Shown: piece after piece, positions 28,008 through 38,226 of the stretch | Layout of the letters: each line of letters begins with the position of its first letter | How positions within the stretch are numbered: position 1 is the stretch's first letter | The notes under the pieces: model-generated | Database searches by the model: none | The model's input: the letters and a program-made list of their open reading frames with translations, nothing else | Told to the model about the DNA's origin: nothing | Translations under genes and position numbers: made by a program | From: a bacterium | GTDB lineage: Bacteria > CALINM01 | DNA length: 62,020 nt | Direction of reading: 5' to 3' | Assembly: GCA_041640455.1 (NCBI GenBank) | Contig: JBEQAF010000001.1 | Coordinates: forward strand, 1 to 62,020

Positions 28008-28027
28008 GTGTAATCTATAGATTACAC
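28008..28027. promoter_or_regulatory. perfect 20-bp palindrome GTGTAAT-CTATAG-ATTACAC (candidate operator/UAS)
   Basis: Read directly from the sequence. It lies between the dut stop and the hydrogenase operon. The same 7-bp arms and 6-bp spacing recur at 38053-38072. Confidence 0.5.
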
Positions 28028-28050
28028 TGTTATGAGAAAATTACATTTTA

Positions 28051-28497
28051 TTAAACACCTGTATGACCAAAGCCTCCATCTTCTCGAGCGGTATTTCCAA
28101 GAGATTTAGCTTCTACAATCTTTGCCCTGACCACCTCTTTAATGACCATCTGGGCTATCCTGTCGCCCTTTTTTATTTTGAATGACTCCTGTCCGAGGTT
28201 TATCAGTATTACCTTTATCTCTCCCCTGTAATCGGCATCAATAGTACCAGGTGTATTGAGCAGCGTAATACCATACTTTATAGCCAGACCGCTTCTTGGT
28301 CTTATCTCTGCCTCATATCCCTCGGGTATTTCAACAGCTATTCCTGTGGGGATTAAAACCCGATCAAACGGCTTTATCTCCATCTCAGAATCTATATCTG
28401 CCATAAGATCAAAACCGCTTGCATGCTCTGTCATATAGGCAGGAAGGGGTAATGTGCTGTTATTGATTTTTTTTATTTTTAGAATAATCTCTTTCAT
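28051..28497 (-). CDS. dut: dUTP diphosphatase
   Basis: [27 protein letters not shown] and a GGFGHTG tail. Confidence 0.95.
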   Translation of the reverse strand: MKEIILKIKKINNSTLPLPAYMTEHASGFDLMADIDSEMEIKPFDRVLIPTGIAVEIPEGYEAEIRPRSGLAIKYGITLLNTPGTIDADYRGEIKVILINLGQESFKIKKGDRIAQMVIKEVVRAKIVEAKSLGNTAREDGGFGHTGV

Positions 28498-29738
28498 CTG
28501 GGAGAGATGGTAACTATCTTTGCCTTATCAAAATCAAGATACTTATTGGATACTTCCACAATATCATCAATAGTTACTTTGAATATCTTCTCTAACTCCT
28601 TCTCTACTGGCATGTACTTATTAAAATACATCTCCACCTTTGAATTATAGGAGAATCTCGCATCACTGCTATCCTGAAGAAGCAGCCTGCTCCCCTTTAT
28701 CTGCTCTTTTTTGTGATTTAGCTCATCCTCTGTAATATCTCCCTTCCTGAATTTATCAATAATTTCCTTGATTTTGTCGAGACAGGCATTATGTTTTTCT
28801 GGACTGGTTCCGTAATAAATCTCCATATAGCCTGTATCCTGGTAAGAGGATGAGAATGCATATACATTATAGGTATAACCTGTTTTTTCTCTTAGCTCCT
28901 GAAATAGATAGGAGCTCATCCCAAGCCCTAACATGGCGTTTATTACCTTTATGGGATAATAATCCTCATGATAAATCGATAGGGTCTTAAAACCTATGGC
29001 AGTATTGATCTGATAGAGATGATCCTTTGTAATGGCTATATTAGTACCTTCTGAGCTGTTTTTCCGATCTGGAAAAGGCAGATCTTTTCGCTTCCTGTTT
29101 CCGAAATAAGAATCTGCGAGACTATAAAACTCATCCCAGTTAAAATTACCAGCTGCAGCTACTATTATTCTGTCATTAAGGTAATAGTTGTCAATAAAAT
29201 TTACAATCTTTTCTCGGGAGAAATTTTTAACCGTTTCTTCAGTGCCAAGAATGGAAAAACCGAGTGATTCCCTGCCGAAGAGCGCCTCAAGCAGAAGGTC
29301 GTGAATCACATCATCGGGCGTATCATTAACACCTTTTATCTCCTGAATGACAACACCCTTTTCCTTTTCTATCTCTGTTTCATCAAGCCTTGAATTGAGA
29401 AATATGTCTGACAAAACATCAAGCGCTAACTCAAGCTTGTCATAAACCACCTTTGAATAGTAGCAGGTATATTCCTTATTTGTGTATGCGTTAATAATAC
29501 CGCCTACACCGTCAATCTCTTTTGTGATATCAAGGCTGGAACGCTTATATGTTCCTTTGAAAAGCATGTGTTCAGTAAAATGGGCTATACCTCTATCGGT
29601 AGAGGGTTCATCTCTGCTTCCACAGAAAACAAATATTCCAACAGTTACTGAATTATAACCTTTGATCTCTTCACCGATAACTCTAATGCCATTTGGGAGG
29701 AGCTTTTTATGATAGCCCTTACTCTTTATCATTACCAA
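28494..29738 (-). CDS. M16-family zinc peptidase (pitrilysin-like)
   Basis: [11 protein letters not shown] contains the HxxEH zinc motif. 414 aa. The position after pnp is conserved. Confidence 0.85.
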   Translation of the reverse strand: MVMIKSKGYHKKLLPNGIRVIGEEIKGYNSVTVGIFVFCGSRDEPSTDRGIAHFTEHMLFKGTYKRSSLDITKEIDGVGGIINAYTNKEYTCYYSKVVYDKLELALDVLSDIFLNSRLDETEIEKEKGVVIQEIKGVNDTPDDVIHDLLLEALFGRESLGFSILGTEETVKNFSREKIVNFIDNYYLNDRIIVAAAGNFNWDEFYSLADSYFGNRKRKDLPFPDRKNSSEGTNIAITKDHLYQINTAIGFKTLSIYHEDYYPIKVINAMLGLGMSSYLFQELREKTGYTYNVYAFSSSYQDTGYMEIYYGTSPEKHNACLDKIKEIIDKFRKGDITEDELNHKKEQIKGSRLLLQDSSDARFSYNSKVEMYFNKYMPVEKELEKIFKVTIDDIVEVSNKYLDFDKAKIVTISPR

Positions 29739-31809
29739 GCGCCTCTTTTCGGCTTAGCTTAATCTTACCCTGAGCGTCCACATCTATGACCTTTACAAGC
29801 ACCTCATCACCCTCTTTAAGCACATCAGAGACATTTCTAATTCTTTTATTTGATATCTGAGAAATATGAAGCAATCCATCCACGCCATGAGCAAGGGTTA
29901 CGAAGGCACCGAAATCAACAATCTTGCTAACCTTTCCCATATAAATCTCACCTACAACAGGCTCAAAGGTATACTGCTTAATCAGGCTGATTGCCTTCTC
30001 TGCTGCTTCCTTATTGGTTGAAAATACATGCACATTGCCGTCATCGTTTATATCAATATTTACACCAGTCTGATCTATTATGCCTCTAATATTTTTACCA
30101 CCAGGTCCAATAAGGTCTTTTATCCGCTCGGTTCTTATTTTCAGGTTGTAAACCCTTGGCGCATATTCGGAGAGCTGGGTCTTGGGCTGGCTGATAGTTG
30201 CATTCATTATAGAAAGAATATGAAGCCTGCCCTGCTTTGCCTGTTCAAGGGCTTTGATAAGTATATGCTGATCTACACCAGCAATCTTAATATCCATCTG
30301 AACTGCAGTTATGCCATCTTTCGTCCCACAAACCTTAAAATCCATATCTCCTATATGGTCTTCATCACCAAGAATATCGCTCAGGACAATAAACTGATCA
30401 CCTTCTTTCATAAGCCCCATAGCAATACCCGCCACATGCTCCTTTATAGGCACACCAGCATCCATAAGAGACAGGGAACCGCCACAAACCGATGCCATTG
30501 AAGATGAGCCGTTTGACTCAAGAATATCCGATACAATTCTGATGGTATATGGGAATTCTTTGTCTGAAGGAATGACTGGAGCCAGAGCCTTTTCTGCAAG
30601 AAAGCCATGTCCTATCTCTCTTCTGCCTGGAGATCTCAGGGGCTTAATCTCACCAGTACAGAAGGGGAAAAAATTATAATGAAGCATGAAAGATTTAAAA
30701 TGTTCGCCCATTAGCTCATCTATCTTCTGCTCATCTTCAGCAGTACCAAGAGTGGTAACTACCAGCGCCTGAGTCTCGCCTCTTGTAAAAACTGCCGAGC
30801 CATGAGTTCTTGGAAGTATACCTATCTCACAGGTAATCTTTCTTATCTCCTCAGGGGTTCTGCCGTCAATCCTTCTACCAGTTTCAAGAATATGTTTTCT
30901 TACAACATTTTTCTCAGCCTTTTCTATGGCAAAGTTTATCCAGAGATCCAGATTTGCATCCTCAAACTTTGAAGAAACATCTTCTTTAATCTTCTGGGCA
31001 AGCTCAGCCAGAGACTTTCTTCTCTCCTGCTTGGATGGGTTAAAGATCTTCTCCTTGTAAGCCGATTCATAGTTTTCAAGGACGTATTTTTCAATATCTG
31101 CAACTATCTGAGGCAGTGAGAACTCTCTTTTTGTGACACCCACCTCTTTTATAAACTCTTTCTGGAAGGCGCATATCTTTTTAATCTGTTCATGGGCAAG
31201 GCTCAGAGCTTTTACAAAATCCTCCTCAGCCACAAAGTTTGCCTTACCTTCAACCATAACTATTGCATCTTCAGTACCAGCCACCACTATATCCAGCAGG
31301 CTGTTTTCGAGCTCTGTTCTTGTGGGATTTATAAGTAACCTGCCGTCCGCATAGCCCACTCTGACTGCACCAACAGGTCCTTTAAAAGGCGCACCTGAAA
31401 GCTCAAGGGCAAAGGATGCACCGATCATTGAAAGGATATCTGGATCGTTCTCCTGGTCAATGGAAAGCACAGTAGCAATAATCTGAATCTCGTTGAAAAA
31501 ACCTTTTGGAAAAAGAGGTCTGATAGGTCTGTCAATAAGCCTTGATACCAGTATCTCTCTTTCGCTCTGCTTGCCTTCTCTTTTGAAAAAACCACCCGGG
31601 ATTTTACCGGCAGCATAGGTTTTTTCTATGTAATCACAGGTCAGAGGCAAAAAATCTACCCCCTCTCTTGGGGTATCTGAAATTACAGCCGAAACCAGCA
31701 CAACAGTCTCACCCATCTGAACCAGGCAGGAGCCAGAAGCCTGCTTTGCCAGATGACCTGTAGATAAAACTATTTCCTTGTTATCAATTAAAACACTTTT
31801 TTTATACAT
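29719..31809 (-). CDS. pnp: polyribonucleotide nucleotidyltransferase (PNPase)
   Basis: Two RNase PH domains plus KH (GPGGKNIR) and S1 (GKVSKIVDFGAFV) domains. 696 aa. Confidence 0.95.
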   Translation of the reverse strand: MYKKSVLIDNKEIVLSTGHLAKQASGSCLVQMGETVVLVSAVISDTPREGVDFLPLTCDYIEKTYAAGKIPGGFFKREGKQSEREILVSRLIDRPIRPLFPKGFFNEIQIIATVLSIDQENDPDILSMIGASFALELSGAPFKGPVGAVRVGYADGRLLINPTRTELENSLLDIVVAGTEDAIVMVEGKANFVAEEDFVKALSLAHEQIKKICAFQKEFIKEVGVTKREFSLPQIVADIEKYVLENYESAYKEKIFNPSKQERRKSLAELAQKIKEDVSSKFEDANLDLWINFAIEKAEKNVVRKHILETGRRIDGRTPEEIRKITCEIGILPRTHGSAVFTRGETQALVVTTLGTAEDEQKIDELMGEHFKSFMLHYNFFPFCTGEIKPLRSPGRREIGHGFLAEKALAPVIPSDKEFPYTIRIVSDILESNGSSSMASVCGGSLSLMDAGVPIKEHVAGIAMGLMKEGDQFIVLSDILGDEDHIGDMDFKVCGTKDGITAVQMDIKIAGVDQHILIKALEQAKQGRLHILSIMNATISQPKTQLSEYAPRVYNLKIRTERIKDLIGPGGKNIRGIIDQTGVNIDINDDGNVHVFSTNKEAAEKAISLIKQYTFEPVVGEIYMGKVSKIVDFGAFVTLAHGVDGLLHISQISNKRIRNVSDVLKEGDEVLVKVIDVDAQGKIKLSRKEALGNDKE

Positions 31810-31846
31810 TTTTTTCCCTTTTAAAGCTCTAATTAGATTAGTTATA

Positions 31847-31862
31847 CCGAAGCCAGCTTCGG
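31847..31862 (-). other. GC-rich hairpin in the rpsO-pnp intergenic region (possible rpsO attenuator or processing site)
   Basis: CCGAAGC-CA-GCTTCGG. The effective stem is 6 bp with a 4-nt loop. No strong U tract follows. Confidence 0.35.
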
Positions 31863-31868
31863 AAGAAA

Positions 31869-32138
31869 CTACTTACGAAGTCCCAGTTTACCGATTATTT
31901 CTTTATATCTTGCAAAGCTGTTTTCTTTAAGATAATCAAGCAGTTTTCTTCTTTGATTAACAAGTTTCAGAAGACCTCTTCGAGAGCTATAATCTTTTTT
32001 GTGTGTCTTAAAGTGCTCCGTTAGATAATTTATCCTCTCGGTGAGAATTGCAATCTGCACCTCCGGCGAGCCGGTATCGGTTTCAAATCTTTTAAACTTG
32101 TTAATAAGCTCGCTTTTTGTTTCTTTTGTTAAAGCCAT
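31869..32138 (-). CDS. rpsO: 30S ribosomal protein S15
   Basis: 89 aa containing [28 protein letters not shown]. Confidence 0.95.
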   Translation of the reverse strand: MALTKETKSELINKFKRFETDTGSPEVQIAILTERINYLTEHFKTHKKDYSSRRGLLKLVNQRRKLLDYLKENSFARYKEIIGKLGLRK

Positions 32139-32292
32139 TTATAAACCTCCTCTTTCCTTTCAAATTAGGATATTTAATCTAACATATTTAAAAGCTATTG
32201 TAAATTATAAAAAATATTGACCGATTAAATCGGGCTATGCCTGATACCTGTTCAGCGGATATGGCTGGTTAAAAGTTTTACCCCTAATTGAC

Positions 32293-34548
32293 CTAAAGCA
32301 TTATATCTTCTCTTTTAATATTGTATTTTTTCATCAGATTGTGAAAGGTTGGTCTGGGAATACCTGCCAGCTCCGCCGCCTTTTTTACATTGCCCAGTGT
32401 CTGTTTGAGATATTTTTTTATCAGATTTTTTTCAAAAAAGGTGAGCTGCTCATCTCTCTGCTCCCAGAGATTTTTATTTGTCACAAGCACATCGATGGTG
32501 GGAGATATATTCTGAATATGGATTGGAAAATCCTTTAGTTTAAGCTCCTCTCCCTGTGAGAGTATAATGGCTCTCTCCACCACATTTGCCAGCTCTCTTA
32601 TATTTCCAGGCCAGTTGTAGGCTTTGAGGTATTTAATTATCTCCTTTTCGTAGGAGCTTATTTTTTTGCCGATCTTTTTTGAGTTGACCTCAATGAGATG
32701 GTGCAAAAAGTATGGGATATCATCCTTCCTCTCTCTTAAAGGTGGCAGATGAATGCTGAATACGTTAAGTCTATAGTAAAGGTCTTCTCTGAACTTCCCT
32801 TCATCAATAAGCTGTTCAAGATTTCTGTTGGTAGCTGCAATAACCCTAACATCAATCTTTTTTACCTCATTACTGCCGAGAGGTCTTATCTCCCCATTCT
32901 GTAAAACTCTCAGAAGCTTGGTCTGAAGATTGAGCGGCATATCACCTATCTCATCCAGAAAGATAGTGCCGTTATGAGCCACCTCCAGTAACCCCTTTTT
33001 ATTCTCCACTGCTCCCGTAAAAGCGCCCTTCACATGACCAAAAAGCTCGCTTTCAAGAAGATGCTCTGTTAATGTGGTGCAGTTTACGGTAATCATAGGT
33101 CTGTCTTTTCTCGTCGATTTCTGATGCAAAAGGGTGGCAACCATCTCCTTACCTGTTCCGCTTTCGCCTCTGATAAGTACTGTGGTATTGGTAGGAGCCA
33201 CTTTTTCCAGCTGTTCCCAGATCTCCCGCATCCGCTGGGTCTTCCCCAGAATAAAATTAAAATCCTTATCTTTGTATAGCTCCTTCTGAATTATCTTATA
33301 ATCATTTAGCAGATTAATATTGCTTACCGATATCTTGTTTAGTAAATAGGGGAGACACATCTCTATCTCTGCAAGCCCCATTATGACTGCCTTTGCCTTC
33401 TCATAGCAGTTGTCATATCCGCAGGCACCGCAGTTAAGATTTTCACCGCCATTGTAGGTTTTCATCTCATCAAGAATATTTTTTATCTCCTCTTCCTTTG
33501 GCTCCACAAATAATAACCTGTCTTTTTTAAAAATCTTTTTTTTCAGCCCTGACTGAGGCATTATCTTTTCCTCATACTCTCCCTGAAAGTAATAATCTTT
33601 AATGTATCTTCTGACCCTCTCAGCTCTTTCATAAATGGTTCCTTTATCCTTCATGATGGGTCCGTCTATACAGCCTTTACAGAAAAGTATGTCCACAAAT
33701 TTAGGAGACACATCGCCCTGTCTGAGTGAGTGAAGAAAGCTCATTACCTCATCTTTACCATCTATAACAAGTATATCGCTGTCAAGGATGTCTGTGCCTA
33801 TTGCGGCAGTTCTGATAAGCCCACCAGACAGGGAAAAAGACCTACCGATTCTTGGAAAATAGCCATCAAAATCGGAAAAGCTCTTTCTTTTTGGATTTAT
33901 ATCTCTTTTTTGAAACTCCTCATCCACCTCTTTGAAAGTATAGACCGAGTCAATAGCGCCTTTGTCATCTTTTATTTCACTTTTTTTTGCCACACAGGGA
34001 CCAATAAAAAACACCATGGAGTTATCTATCTTCTCTTTTATGAGCCTGCCCATAGCTATCATAGGAGATACAATGGGAACAAGATTTTCAATCAGTTCGG
34101 GATAAAATTTTGAGATAAGGTTTACAATAGCAGGGCAGGGAGAAGAGATATAGGTCTTTTTCTCAATGGTCTTTGCCTTAAGGATAAACTCCCTGTAACT
34201 ATCAATTATTATCTCCGCACCATATGCAACCTCATAGACATAGTTAAAACCCAGCTTTCTTAAGGCAGAAACTATCTGCAGCGGATGGCAGTCTTTGTAA
34301 TAGGACACAAAAGACGGGGCAAGAAGCGCCACAAGATTTTTATTTTTTCTAATTGCCAGATCAATAGAGAGCCCCCTCTCCACATCTTTGGCGTCCTGAG
34401 AGCAGAGCTTTATGCAGTTTCCACATACAATGCAGTTTTCCTGGATCACATAAGCCTGGTCGTTCTGAACCTTAATAGCCTTAACTGGACAGCCTCTAAT
34501 GCAGGAGTAGCATTTTTTGCACAGCCCCTCTTTAGTCTGAACAATCAT
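32293..34548 (-). CDS. sigma54-dependent transcriptional activator with an N-terminal 2x[4Fe-4S] ferredoxin, an [FeFe]-hydrogenase-like H-domain and an extra Cys4 FeS module
   Basis: [12 protein letters not shown] and [12 protein letters not shown] are followed by hydrogenase large-subunit-like motifs [14 protein letters not shown] and FCKGCIDGP, then [12 protein letters not shown]+ motifs are GESGTGKE and GAFTGA, with a C-terminal Fis-type HTH. There is no receiver domain. Confidence 0.85.
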   Translation of the reverse strand: MIVQTKEGLCKKCYSCIRGCPVKAIKVQNDQAYVIQENCIVCGNCIKLCSQDAKDVERGLSIDLAIRKNKNLVALLAPSFVSYYKDCHPLQIVSALRKLGFNYVYEVAYGAEIIIDSYREFILKAKTIEKKTYISSPCPAIVNLISKFYPELIENLVPIVSPMIAMGRLIKEKIDNSMVFFIGPCVAKKSEIKDDKGAIDSVYTFKEVDEEFQKRDINPKRKSFSDFDGYFPRIGRSFSLSGGLIRTAAIGTDILDSDILVIDGKDEVMSFLHSLRQGDVSPKFVDILFCKGCIDGPIMKDKGTIYERAERVRRYIKDYYFQGEYEEKIMPQSGLKKKIFKKDRLLFVEPKEEEIKNILDEMKTYNGGENLNCGACGYDNCYEKAKAVIMGLAEIEMCLPYLLNKISVSNINLLNDYKIIQKELYKDKDFNFILGKTQRMREIWEQLEKVAPTNTTVLIRGESGTGKEMVATLLHQKSTRKDRPMITVNCTTLTEHLLESELFGHVKGAFTGAVENKKGLLEVAHNGTIFLDEIGDMPLNLQTKLLRVLQNGEIRPLGSNEVKKIDVRVIAATNRNLEQLIDEGKFREDLYYRLNVFSIHLPPLRERKDDIPYFLHHLIEVNSKKIGKKISSYEKEIIKYLKAYNWPGNIRELANVVERAIILSQGEELKLKDFPIHIQNISPTIDVLVTNKNLWEQRDEQLTFFEKNLIKKYLKQTLGNVKKAAELAGIPRPTFHNLMKKYNIKREDIML

Positions 34549-35786
34549 ATAGCCACCTCAAAAGGAGATACTGACCTTTCAAGCAGATTAAAATAGCCCG
34601 ATATGAAAACCCCGTAGTTTATTATTGGGATACCCAGCTTTTTAAACTTTTCCATCCTTGCAAGCATATCTCTTCTTGTTAGCATACAGCCGCCACAATG
34701 AAAAACTGCCTTTATATCATCCTGCTCGGAAAAAAGAGGCACTATGCCAGAAAATAGTTTAAATTTTAGCTTCTTGCCTGTCTTTTTAGAGATCATATCT
34801 GGTAGTATATCTCTTGCCATATCGCCTTCCAGTCTGTGATGGGTGCAGGCTTCCACGATAGCCACCGTATCACCATCTTTAAGATTAGTAAGCCCATTGA
34901 AGCCGTCAATGAAACTTTTTAGATCACCTTTATGGTTTGCAAAAAGTATGGAAAAGGAGGTTATAGGGGTATTGTCAGGCAGCTTCCCTAAAATATCTTT
35001 AAACACCTGCGCATCAGCAATAATTAGATCGGGCGGATTTTTAAGATTTTTTAACGTATCTTCAAGCTCATCAGGCTGAACAACTATAAGTTTTACATGC
35101 TTTTCCAGCGCATCTCTCATCACCTGCACCTGAAGCGGTTTTAGACGCCCCTTTGGATAGGCTTTGTTTACCGGCACCACAAGAAGAAGGGTATCTCCCT
35201 GCTTAACAATATTATCCAGAATTCCTTTATCCTCATACTCTGCAAGGCTTTCTCCGATAAACCTTTTAATCTCATCAATTCCTTTATTTTCTAAGGCAGA
35301 GCAAGGAAAGGATAAGATCTTCTTTCCGCTTAGCTCGTAATAAAAACTGTCACATCTTTTACTAAAAAAATTTAGTATTGTTGCTTCCAGATCTATTTTG
35401 TTGAAGATAAAGGCATAGGGGATATTTTTCTTTTCAAGATAGCTCATATAGCTTAACTCTTTATGAGACAGAGAAAAATTTTCATAGGGAGGTTGAAATA
35501 CAAAAAACACGAGATCTGAACGAGCCAGTATCTCTTCGGTAACCTTAATCCTTTCTTCAGCAAGCGTAGAGCTATCATCAATACCTGGCGTATCGGTAAG
35601 AAGCACAGGTCCCGCAGGTAGAATCTCCATTGCCTTTTCTGTGCGGTCTGTGGTGGTGCCTGCAATGGGTGAAACAATGGATACCTTCTGATTGGTAAGA
35701 GAGTTGATAATACTGGACTTACCCGCATTGGTTCTCCCCACAAAGGCAACCCTCTTTCTTAAAGATTTTGGCGTATCCTCAAACAT
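34545..35786 (-). CDS. hydF: [FeFe]-hydrogenase H-cluster maturation GTPase HydF
   Basis: [10 protein letters not shown]-loop and C-terminal CTHH...HCGGC cluster ligands. The start is moved to ATG 35786 (MFEDTP...), which has GGAGG upstream and overlaps the hydE stop (ATGTTTGA). Confidence 0.9.
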   Translation of the reverse strand: MFEDTPKSLRKRVAFVGRTNAGKSSIINSLTNQKVSIVSPIAGTTTDRTEKAMEILPAGPVLLTDTPGIDDSSTLAEERIKVTEEILARSDLVFFVFQPPYENFSLSHKELSYMSYLEKKNIPYAFIFNKIDLEATILNFFSKRCDSFYYELSGKKILSFPCSALENKGIDEIKRFIGESLAEYEDKGILDNIVKQGDTLLLVVPVNKAYPKGRLKPLQVQVMRDALEKHVKLIVVQPDELEDTLKNLKNPPDLIIADAQVFKDILGKLPDNTPITSFSILFANHKGDLKSFIDGFNGLTNLKDGDTVAIVEACTHHRLEGDMARDILPDMISKKTGKKLKFKLFSGIVPLFSEQDDIKAVFHCGGCMLTRRDMLARMEKFKKLGIPIINYGVFISGYFNLLERSVSPFEVAI

Positions 35787-36777
35787 AAAGCCTCCTTCTG
35801 TAACCATATGAATCGCTTATCCTGAACCCCTGCTCTGGCAGGATCTTTTTTACAAAATCAATCGAAACAGGTCTTTTGCCATCATATATGGAATATTTTT
35901 TTCTTTTCAACTCGGGCGTAAAGTTTGGCATAATCACATTACATCCAGAGTTTAAAGCATTAATCAGGGCTGAAAGATCACCGAGTGTGTACAGGGCTGT
36001 GGTAGCTGGTATATTTACATCCTGCAAAACTACCCTTGCAAGGGCAACCATGTTTATAACCAGATCAATATGAGGAGCACTGTAGCCAGAAAGAGGCGTT
36101 CCACCAGATGGAATAAACGGTCCCATTCCTGCCATATCACAGTCAAGCTCTTTCATCAGAAAGATATCGTTAATATAATCTTCGAGATCAGTAAAAGGCA
36201 GCCCGATAATATTTCCAAGTCCAACCTCATAGCCTATCTTTTTTAACTGATCATAAATTTTTAATCGGTCTGATAATTTTTCACCAGGATGAAGCCTTTC
36301 ATATACCTTCTCGTTTGATGTCTCATGTTTGATTAAAAATCTTTTTGCCCCCGCATCAAAAAAGGCTTTATAATCATCAGGCGCTCTCTCTCCTATACAG
36401 AGCGTTATGGTAAGATGGGTCTCTTTTTTAATCTCTTTTATAATCTCGCAGAGGTAGTCTCTTGTGTATAAAAGATCTTCTCCTGACTGCAGAACCACTG
36501 TCTTAATACCGCTCTTTTCAATAATCTTTGCTTTATAAACAATCTCATCCTTAAAAAGCCTGTATCTTTCAATGGGGCTTGATTTTCTTATACCGCAATA
36601 AAGGCAGTTTTTTCTGCAGTAGTTGGAAAACTCAATGATACCTCGCAAAAAAATCTCATCGCCGTAGACCTTTTTCCTGATCTTTCCTGCTTCAAGCTTA
36701 AGCATCTCTGGATTTTTTAAAAGCTCTTTAGCGTCACATTTTTTAAACATAGAGATCGCTTCTTCCCGAAAAGACAT
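35779..36777 (-). CDS. hydE: [FeFe]-hydrogenase maturation radical-SAM protein HydE
   Basis: BioB-like radical SAM protein with CRKNCLYCG. It lies between hydG and hydF. The start could be ATG 36777 or ATG 36750. Confidence 0.9.
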   Translation of the reverse strand: MSFREEAISMFKKCDAKELLKNPEMLKLEAGKIRKKVYGDEIFLRGIIEFSNYCRKNCLYCGIRKSSPIERYRLFKDEIVYKAKIIEKSGIKTVVLQSGEDLLYTRDYLCEIIKEIKKETHLTITLCIGERAPDDYKAFFDAGAKRFLIKHETSNEKVYERLHPGEKLSDRLKIYDQLKKIGYEVGLGNIIGLPFTDLEDYINDIFLMKELDCDMAGMGPFIPSGGTPLSGYSAPHIDLVINMVALARVVLQDVNIPATTALYTLGDLSALINALNSGCNVIMPNFTPELKRKKYSIYDGKRPVSIDFVKKILPEQGFRISDSYGYRRRLYV

Positions 36778-38029
36778 GATCTATCTTTTTTTTAAACCCC
36801 TCTTTTAACCCCAGCTCTGACGCTTTTTCATAAATAAAAGCCATCAGCTCCTTAGCCCTGTAAGGGGGGAAAAAATCTCTTACATACTCGGTAAGGCTAA
36901 GCAGGGCATTTATATTACAGTAGTTTTTAATCTTTCCTGTTTCAGCAAGCTCCATAAAGTCTTCTCCAACTCTTCCCTTCCTGTAGCAGGCTGTACAGAA
37001 GCTGGGGATAAGATCTTCACTAATTAGCTTTTCCACCACCTCTTTAAGAGTTCTCTCATCGGAGATGGAGAACTGGTCTGACCTTTCCTTGCAGCTGTAG
37101 CCACCGGGCGATGTGGCAGAGCCAGCGCTGATCTGTGAGACACCGAGCTTAAATAGCCTGTCTCTAAGCTCCTCAGGCTCTCTGGTAGAAAGAATAATCC
37201 CCGTATAAGGCACGGCTATTCTAAGCACCGCTATGATATAGGCAAAATAATCATCGCTTATATGATGAACAGGAAAATTAAAGCTTAACCCCTCTACCTC
37301 TTTTAATCGTGGCACAGAGATGGTATGGGGACCCACATTAAAATTTTTTTTAAGCTCTTCAACATGTTTCAAAAGACCATAAATATCTTCAGCAGGATCA
37401 CTGAGACCAAAAAGCACCCCCATGCCGATATCCTTTATGCCTGCCTCCATTGCCCTCATGGGCGCATAATATCTGTAATCAAAATCTGACTTGGGACCTT
37501 CTGGATGAAAAAAGCTGTAGAGATTTCTGTTATAGGTCTCCTGAAATAGCTGGTATGTGCCTATATTTGCACCTTTAAGCCTTTTAAATCCATCAAGATC
37601 AAGCGGGGCGATATTTATGTTAATCCTTCTTATGGAGCCTTTTGTGTCATGTATGGAATACACAAATTTTATAGCCTCCAGGATATAATCCAGATCACTG
37701 GACTCACCGGATACCAGAAGGACTCTTTTAACCCCCTGATTTAAAAGAAATCTTACCTCTTTCTCAAGCTCGGCTCTGTCAAGGCGCTTTCTCGTGATGA
37801 GACGGTTTTTTTTGTTAAATCCGCAATAGCGGCAGCTATTCTGACAGAAATTTGATACATAAAGGGGAGAAAAAAGGACAATCCTTTTTCCGTAAATCCT
37901 TTCCTTAATCTTTGAGGCAAGAGAAAGCACCTCTTTCCGTGTAATCTCATCTTTACACAAAAGTAGCTCATAAGCCTCTTCTGGACTTAGACCTTTAAGT
38001 TTTTCCGCTTTTGAAAGCAATTTTTGCAT
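36743..38029 (-). CDS. hydG: [FeFe]-hydrogenase maturation radical-SAM tyrosine lyase HydG
   Basis: ThiH-like with CQNSCRYCG plus the HydG-specific C-terminal CTAC-x22-C motif. Confidence 0.9.
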   Translation of the reverse strand: MQKLLSKAEKLKGLSPEEAYELLLCKDEITRKEVLSLASKIKERIYGKRIVLFSPLYVSNFCQNSCRYCGFNKKNRLITRKRLDRAELEKEVRFLLNQGVKRVLLVSGESSDLDYILEAIKFVYSIHDTKGSIRRININIAPLDLDGFKRLKGANIGTYQLFQETYNRNLYSFFHPEGPKSDFDYRYYAPMRAMEAGIKDIGMGVLFGLSDPAEDIYGLLKHVEELKKNFNVGPHTISVPRLKEVEGLSFNFPVHHISDDYFAYIIAVLRIAVPYTGIILSTREPEELRDRLFKLGVSQISAGSATSPGGYSCKERSDQFSISDERTLKEVVEKLISEDLIPSFCTACYRKGRVGEDFMELAETGKIKNYCNINALLSLTEYVRDFFPPYRAKELMAFIYEKASELGLKEGFKKKIDHVFSGRSDLYV

Positions 38030-38052
38030 AGTTTTGTGAACCCTGAAACAAA

Positions 38053-38072
38053 GTGTAATTTTAATATTACAC
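38053..38072. promoter_or_regulatory. palindrome GTGTAAT-TTTAAT-ATTACAC, 24 nt upstream of the hydG ATG
   Basis: Read directly from the sequence. The arms and spacing are identical to the palindrome at 28008-28027. Confidence 0.5.
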
Positions 38073-38151
38073 TAAGGGGAAAAACAAGACAAGTCAAATA
38101 ATAAAAATTTAACTCATTTTTCAACAATTTTATTAAATTTGAGGGATTTTT

Positions 38152-38192
38152 AAAAAAATTTCGGGAAGGGGCTTTATATAACCCGCTTCCCG
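38152..38192 (-). terminator. intrinsic-terminator-like hairpin plus U7 in the hydG upstream region
   Basis: Minus-strand RNA reads CGGGAAGCGGG-UUAUAUAAAG-CCCCUUCCCG (10 bp, one bulge), followed by AAA and UUUUUUU. It could terminate the HMA gene or attenuate hydG transcription. Confidence 0.5.
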
Positions 38193-38226
38193 TGTAGTAG
38201 GGAGGGAAAGTATGTACTCTTTTAAT

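Noticed and set aside
28008-28027. Explaining the palindrome purely as the intrinsic terminator of the dut operon
   Set aside because: This is not fully excluded. However, the stem is AU-rich and only AUUUUA follows it. An identical-arm copy also occurs at 38053-38072, where no gene ends, which favours a protein-binding site.
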